DNA of 64,000 bases, from NCBI RefSeq assembly GCF_902459465.1, contig NC_047062.1:3286001-3350000 (forward strand), given 5' to 3'. Under the pieces are notes generated by a model that had not been told where the DNA came from, did not search any database, and saw nothing but the letters and a program-made list of their open reading frames with translations. This stretch comes from Asterias rubens. Its lineage: Eukaryota. The position numbers and the translations under genes were made by a program. Shown here piece by piece: positions 61,701 through 64,000 of this stretch; position 1 is the stretch's first letter, and the number at the start of each line of letters is the position of its first letter.

Positions 61701-63754
61701 TGATGGTTGGGGGGGGGGGGTCTTTTTTACTACCTCAATAAGGCAGGGTCAACCCATCTCAGCCAGTCACCATGGGGATGTCAGACAAGTTCTTGGCAAA
61801 TAAAAATGTGGTGCGGTTTTACTTGTCTGGTTGGGGGTGGTTGTTGTTTCTGTATGAATTAGTTTTGAAGGCTGGAGCCTGTTGGAGCGTGACTGGTGTT
61901 AGCCTGCATGGGCACACCAGTCATTGTATGATTTCATACATAGGAAGTATTTTAAAATATTCCTGTGACCTGAGATTAAACCTGGCGTATGGAGTTGGTC
62001 TCCATGTTACATACCAGCATATTTAGGAATGCTATGCTAAATTGACTATTCGGCTTATAAAGTTATATAGTCTGCATAAAATGATTCAGTGTGTACTGCC
62101 ATGGTACTGCTCTGTAGAGCTTTCGTTTAGGAAGTTTCACACCTCATGACAGTTTGCCTTTTTATGATAATGATGTTTTTGTTATGAAGTTGCAGTATAA
62201 AATGTTTTTAAGGGGAATAACAAATACAGAAGGGGAAGTAATAAAACTTGTAGAAAGGTTTTGGCATTTTTTTTGGAATGAATTAAAATAAAATGGGACA
62301 ATAGAATTAGCTGTTGCGAACTGCTCACCAACCCAAAGCAGTGTCTTACTTCTGCCTTAGAGAAAGACTCTGCTAGTGTCCCCAGACGTTTAACTATTTA
62401 AAATACAATGATATAGAAGAGTTTGCGGTAACACCATGTAATGACTGTCTCTAAATGAGTTGGGGTGGTTCTGAAAAGAACCGTTGGATTAACTCGACGT
62501 TTCGATCAGTATGCTCTGATCGTCTTCTGGAGAAAGAGTTAATCCAACAGTTCTTTTCAGAACCACCCCAACTCATTTAGATATAGTCATTACATGGTGT
62601 TACCGCAAACTCTTCTACATGTATATCTTGTTTCCACCATGCAAAGTTTCAAATCCTACTTTAAAATACAATGGCTGACAATTCTCATTTAACTTAGGAG
62701 AAACATATTGCACTTGAACATGAATCAAGTGGTTATGACTTAAAGACACTGGACACTATTGGTAATTGTTAAAGACGAAGTCTTCTCACATTATTTTGAG
62801 TAATTAGCAATAGTGTCCACAGCCTTAAACTGTCACAGTTGTCTTGCTTTATACATAGCTGTAAAATAGCATTCCAAATATTGCTAAACATAAAACCCAA
62901 AGATACTGGAAATGATCAGTAAGACAAAGTAATAAATATTATTGTTAGTTCTCCCTTCAGTGGTCCACTGCCCAAAAACCAGTTTAAACTTTGGAGGACA
63001 ATTCTATTCTGTATGTCAGGCTTGTTAAAACGAGCCCCCACTGCTACATGTAAACCAATGATTTCTCATATCCCTTCAAATTCCAAGTCCAAAAGTGTTG
63101 AAAGGGACTCATAAAAAAGCTGACGGACGCGTGAAATGACAGGTTAACTGGTCTCCCAGTAGTCAATGAAAAAGTTAAAGGGTTATTCTGAAAAAGTTAT
63201 TGGCATTATTTATACCATGCCACTATTACAATTGCCAATCTCCTTCATTCTTATTTAAATGTTATGTTGGTTTAATGTTTTGTATATTTCCCTTCAATTT
63301 ATGTAATCTTGATGTTTTTTACCTTGTAAATTCAATTGTAATTTAGCCTTTGGCTACAAATAGTTGAATAAAATACCTTGAATTGAATTGAATTATTCTC
63401 TGCCACAGAACAAGTTGTGAAGTGGTGTTTACCAACCCTTAGTCAAGTATCCACAAGACGATATAGGTGATTTTCCTGTTACGACAGAGTTCGACAAATA
63501 ATTTTACATTTACTGAGAAAAAAGGACAGTAAATGAACAATGAAATTTGATTGACAAAGTTAAGACAAAACTAAACTTCAATGAATGTTTTTGGTTCTAT
63601 TCATTTTTTTAAAGGTTTGGTTTGCCAGACTTGAGGCGAAGTGGGGATTCGTTGCTACTGTCTCCTGGGTTGAACGTTGCTGTGAGTACAGACAGTTTCG
63701 GCAGGGTCATTCTGATTGATCTGGTACGAGGAATCGCCGTCAGGATGTGGAAAG
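10687..63754 (+). CDS. RAB3GAP2: Rab3 GTPase-activating protein non-catalytic subunit, N-terminal 11 exons (continues beyond the window)
   Basis: Exons 10687-10792, 11759-11802, 12503-12629, 14582-14663, 15370-15493, 15899-16100, 17043-17141, 18275-18423, 19551-19630, 21385-21486, 63615-63754. All are GT-AG with compatible phases. Peptides [72 protein letters not shown] and RFGLPD...FGRVILID...RMWKG match RAB3GAP2 as I recall it. Confidence 0.93.
11159..11571. mobile_element. Non-autonomous DNA transposon with 8-bp TSD (CCTCCTTG) and subterminal GCCGTCAACT repeats
   Basis: TIRs cggtcctactacttgc / gcaagtagtaggaccc. A second copy in the opposite orientation lies at 53749-54208. Confidence 0.85.
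13659..14198. mobile_element. Fold-back palindromic MITE (CCC termini, TTTA/TTAA flanks, piggyBac-like) interrupted by a hAT MITE
   Basis: Arms cccatatacaccgatgtgtgttagcactgtatactcagtac... / ...gtactgagtatacagtgctaacacacatcggtgtatatggg. Confidence 0.7.
13692..14049. mobile_element. hAT-type MITE, 8-bp TSD ACTGTATA
   Basis: TIR TAAGCTTGGGCGATA; subterminal GATATCGCGATAT repeats; perfect 8-bp TSD. Confidence 0.88.
17419..17714. mobile_element. TTAA-target MITE (Kolobok-like), AGRCAGTGGACAC family
   Basis: TTAA|AGACAGTGGACAC...GTGTCCACTGCCT|TTAA. Other copies at 20355-20730 and 60082-60460; fragments near 8690-9000, 9555-9690 and 62745-62830. Confidence 0.75.
18618..19238. mobile_element. PIF/Harbinger-like MITE, 3-bp TSD TTA
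   Basis: TTA|GGCCT(A)n TTGTTGGATTGCCCT ... AGGGCAATCCAACAT(T)n..GGCC|TTA. Confidence 0.7.
19778..20162. mobile_element. hAT-type MITE, same family
   Basis: Same TIRs and interior; TSD degenerate. Confidence 0.82.
20915..21275 (-). mobile_element. tRNA-headed SINE with an L2-like tail
   Basis: On the minus strand: A box GTGGCCGAGCGA and B box GGTTCGAATCCC; the tail contains cagcgc..taag. Confidence 0.6.
21563..21865 (+). mobile_element. Penelope-like terminal repeat remnant with a degenerate hammerhead motif
   Basis: CTGATGG-T-GACTAG-AGCAAG-CTAGTC-GAAAC-GTT at 21564-21597. The 3' part (cacatggtgttacc..caccatgcaatgc) recurs at ~36190 and ~45365. Confidence 0.55.
23980..25967 (-). CDS. TRIM-NHL protein copy A, main coding exon (RING, 2 B-boxes, coiled coil, NHL-like beta-propeller); 673 aa with the micro-exon
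   Basis: The frame stays open upstream of the listed GTG start (25785) to the acceptor ttttttacag|AC at 25967. C3HC4 [21 protein letters not shown]; B-box1 [20 protein letters not shown]; B-box2 [18 protein letters not shown]; C-terminal repeats such as [14 protein letters not shown]. Confidence 0.9.
25995..26430. mobile_element. Back-to-back SINE pair (full copy on minus, head fragment on plus) in TRIM-A intron 1; homologous pair at 40655-41122 in TRIM-B
   Basis: Shared caccatgtctcaaagc..gatcactg..ggggagtatacagc..gacacaagtgtcacgacc and ggctcag...ggttc(a/g)agtcccag. Copy B ends in an (AAT)n tail at ~40660-40710. Confidence 0.65.
28709..31163 (-). mobile_element. Putative non-autonomous Helitron (inner layer) carrying a minisatellite and (CA)n tracts
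   Basis: Minus-strand 5' end TCTCTTTATAAAT; 3' hairpin taagattgat/atcaatctta ending CTTAG (non-canonical); A|T host junction; no TSD. Confidence 0.5.
29213..30625. repeat. C-rich/G-rich ~85-100 bp minisatellite with an internal inverted segment (29772-30084)
   Basis: Units contain aaaaggtgccgttcccccgtcccc, cacgtgctctaa and ctccatgatcccgtccc. Confidence 0.9.
34038..34071 (-). CDS. TRIM-NHL copy A first coding micro-exon ([11 protein letters not shown]+G)
   Basis: CAAGATGG start context; 34 nt ending in phase 1 at G|gtaag, matching the phase-1 acceptor at 25967. Conserved in copies B and C. Confidence 0.75.
37037..37239. mobile_element. 203-bp MITE flanked by TATA
   Basis: TATA|GACGATGTGACCT...AGGTCACATCGTC|TATA. 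Absent at the paralogous site in unit C. Confidence 0.8.
37897..38210 (+). mobile_element. 3' end of a LINE/SINE with an (AAGTT)n tail, specific to unit B
   Basis: cagcgctttgaa..cagcgctttataaatgcattt(aagtt)4. Unit C has the empty site ggcatccaataatatatc. A 13-bp unit is repeated 3-4 times at the 5' junction. Confidence 0.65.
38379..40360 (-). CDS. TRIM-NHL protein copy B, main coding exon (671 aa with the micro-exon)
   Basis: Intact ORF that is a close paralogue of A and C, with a 2-aa deletion (EI--PF). Acceptor tttttcttacag|AC at 40360. Confidence 0.9.
42537..42570 (-). CDS. TRIM-NHL copy B first coding micro-exon ([11 protein letters not shown]+G)
   Basis: ATG at 42570; donor G|gtgaga; phase 1. 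Confidence 0.75.
43731..45051 (-). mobile_element. Non-autonomous Helitron, 1321 bp
   Basis: Minus strand 5' TCTATATTATAAAA; 3' hairpin gccacgc-aaa-gcgcggc then CTAG; inserted between A and T with no TSD. The empty site cagta|tgagc is present at ~35870-35880. Confidence 0.9.
46275..47279 (+). mobile_element. 5'-truncated non-LTR retrotransposon (L2-like), C-terminal part of the RT
   Basis: Open frame [10 protein letters not shown]...YADDTQLY...LKLNENKTE...[25 protein letters not shown], stop at 47201, (ATT)n tail. Empty site in unit B: ctagcaatgcttc. Confidence 0.9.
47349..47698. mobile_element. hAT-type MITE, same family, inverted, 8-bp TSD ATGTGACT
   Basis: Perfect TSD at 47341-47348 and 47699-47706. 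Confidence 0.88.
48385..48509. mobile_element. PIF/Harbinger-like hairpin MITE, TSD TAA, 80 bp beyond the TRIM-C stop codon
   Basis: TAA|GGCCGTGTCCGAAACG...CGTTTCGCACACGGCC|TAA. Absent in unit B. Confidence 0.85.
48589..50576 (-). CDS. TRIM-NHL protein copy C, main coding exon (673 aa with the micro-exon)
   Basis: Intact ORF; acceptor tttttcttacag|AA at 50576. The longer 745-aa ORF call runs into intron sequence. Confidence 0.9.
51717..51750 (-). CDS. TRIM-NHL copy C first coding micro-exon ([11 protein letters not shown]+G)
   Basis: Identical to the copy B micro-exon and its donor. Confidence 0.75.
53749..54208. mobile_element. Second copy of the 11159-11571 family, 8-bp TSD CTGGAAGG
   Basis: TSD at 53741-53748 and 54209-54216; same TIRs and internal sequence, inverted. 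Confidence 0.85.
57406..59379 (-). CDS. TRIM-NHL protein copy D (divergent), single coding exon, 657 aa
   Basis: [21 protein letters not shown], two B-boxes, coiled coil, and a canonical NHL start [17 protein letters not shown]. The acceptor tttgacag| at 59412 implies an upstream non-coding exon. Confidence 0.92.
   Translation of the reverse strand: MAGITAKTILDKISLGHLKCTICCKRFTDPKTLDCLHSFCCNCLDKQKQIQQINGLKITCPLCKRETPLPETGIQDLRDNLTLISLVEEEGLKEQLVASQLKKIKCEACDEGEEAISRCMDCDDYLCKDCQWAHKRLSKMKNHKIAPLGDLRSGTVSFKSRVRDTIPKCAKHSNQDICTYCITCQMLICTACAVADHKAPEHSCEDARDASGTCQLEIKQEMTKAKEHQDEFEAAKLSTDHAKKRLTAMVNNATNKISKKADEEVAKIRQREMELKQQVKQIGQDRKAEIEAFQASLVANIKWSKHTMDIAEDFNTQGSPFEVLDLKHKILFIVKDLTKKPVPVLQHGLSFVDFKESQVENDGYFGKLLLEEKWEMKDEFGKRGTGDGEFMEARGITAYSNSDLAIADPFNGKITILDCKGQYKSSIRGVAENPDGQLQRPCDIATDRDDLLMVVDSPTVKVFNKQRKLMYQFIPGETTSTLKNGIKNGNAETEEPESDLRCIAVDIKNQIAVGDKGKRLISLHNVDGSLIKTVPAEMISKHLTFGSTERLIYTNLQARMLLACDFKGQEVFAIHTMSEENPEYEPTGVCCDSSGDIYIAVHSRVKGHKGEIHHFSPKGEHIACIVRGLNAPYGITFTPDGDLAVADVHNVKIFHRV
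59470..59790 (-). mobile_element. Same tRNA-derived SINE-like family, longer copy
   Basis: gagctatctagccctatgttggcggtctccctattttgtcaatatctttgttc...gggatcacaccc...aataaaccacaagggaaactgac. Confidence 0.7.
60082..60460. mobile_element. TTAA-target MITE (Kolobok-like), near full-length copy
   Basis: TTAA on both sides; reverse-complement homologue of 20355-20730. Confidence 0.78.
62411..62659 (-). mobile_element. Penelope-like remnant: inverted terminal repeat pair around a hammerhead-like core, flanked by 14-bp direct repeats
   Basis: 82-bp arms at 62414-62495 and 62536-62617; TTTAAAATACAATG at 62397-62410 and 62660-62673. Confidence 0.6.
63615..63754 (+). CDS. RAB3GAP2: RAB3GAP2 exon 11, the next exon after the 42-kb intron
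   Basis: Acceptor ttttttaaag|G and donor AAAG|gttggt. The split codon AG+G = Arg joins exon 10 (…LPI R) to [46 protein letters not shown]. Confidence 0.92.
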
Positions 63755-64000
63755 GTTGGTAGCCAATTTTTAGTTAAATTTGCTTGATATAATTAGCTGT
63801 ACTTATAATTGCTTATATATCACCCTGGGATCAGTTTCATAGCGCTGGGCAAGGGTACGCACATATCTGTGCTAATTATAACAGAAATATTTGCTTAAGT
63901 TCAAGCTTATTTCAACGGGTACCAAGACATTTATGAAGCTTGCATGCTCACCAAGGATTTGCATTGTTACATCATTTATTTTCATACACTAAGCATTTTC

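Overview
Eukaryotic (animal) genomic DNA: AT-rich, spliced and rich in transposons. An invertebrate such as an echinoderm is plausible, but this is inference only. XRCC3 (minus strand, 5 coding exons visible, 3' end outside the window) and RAB3GAP2 (plus strand, 11 coding exons visible, continuing beyond the window) are arranged head-to-head, with 298 bp between their start codons. RAB3GAP2 introns 1-9 are 0.4-2.0 kb, but intron 10 is 42,128 bp (21487-63614). That intron contains four intact antisense RING-Bbox-Bbox-coiled-coil-NHL (TRIM-NHL) genes. Three are recent tandem duplicates (A, B, C) that start in a 34-nt coding micro-exon and show mosaic (conversion-like) ancestry and variable propeller codons. 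The fourth (D) is divergent. The window also contains a ~4.6 kb 22-bp satellite in an XRCC3 intron, a nested transposon stack in TRIM-A intron 1, Helitrons, hAT-, Kolobok- and Harbinger-like MITEs, tRNA-derived SINEs, a 5'-truncated L2-like LINE, and Penelope-like termini with degenerate hammerhead-ribozyme motifs. All coordinates and alignments were read by eye; no database search was run.
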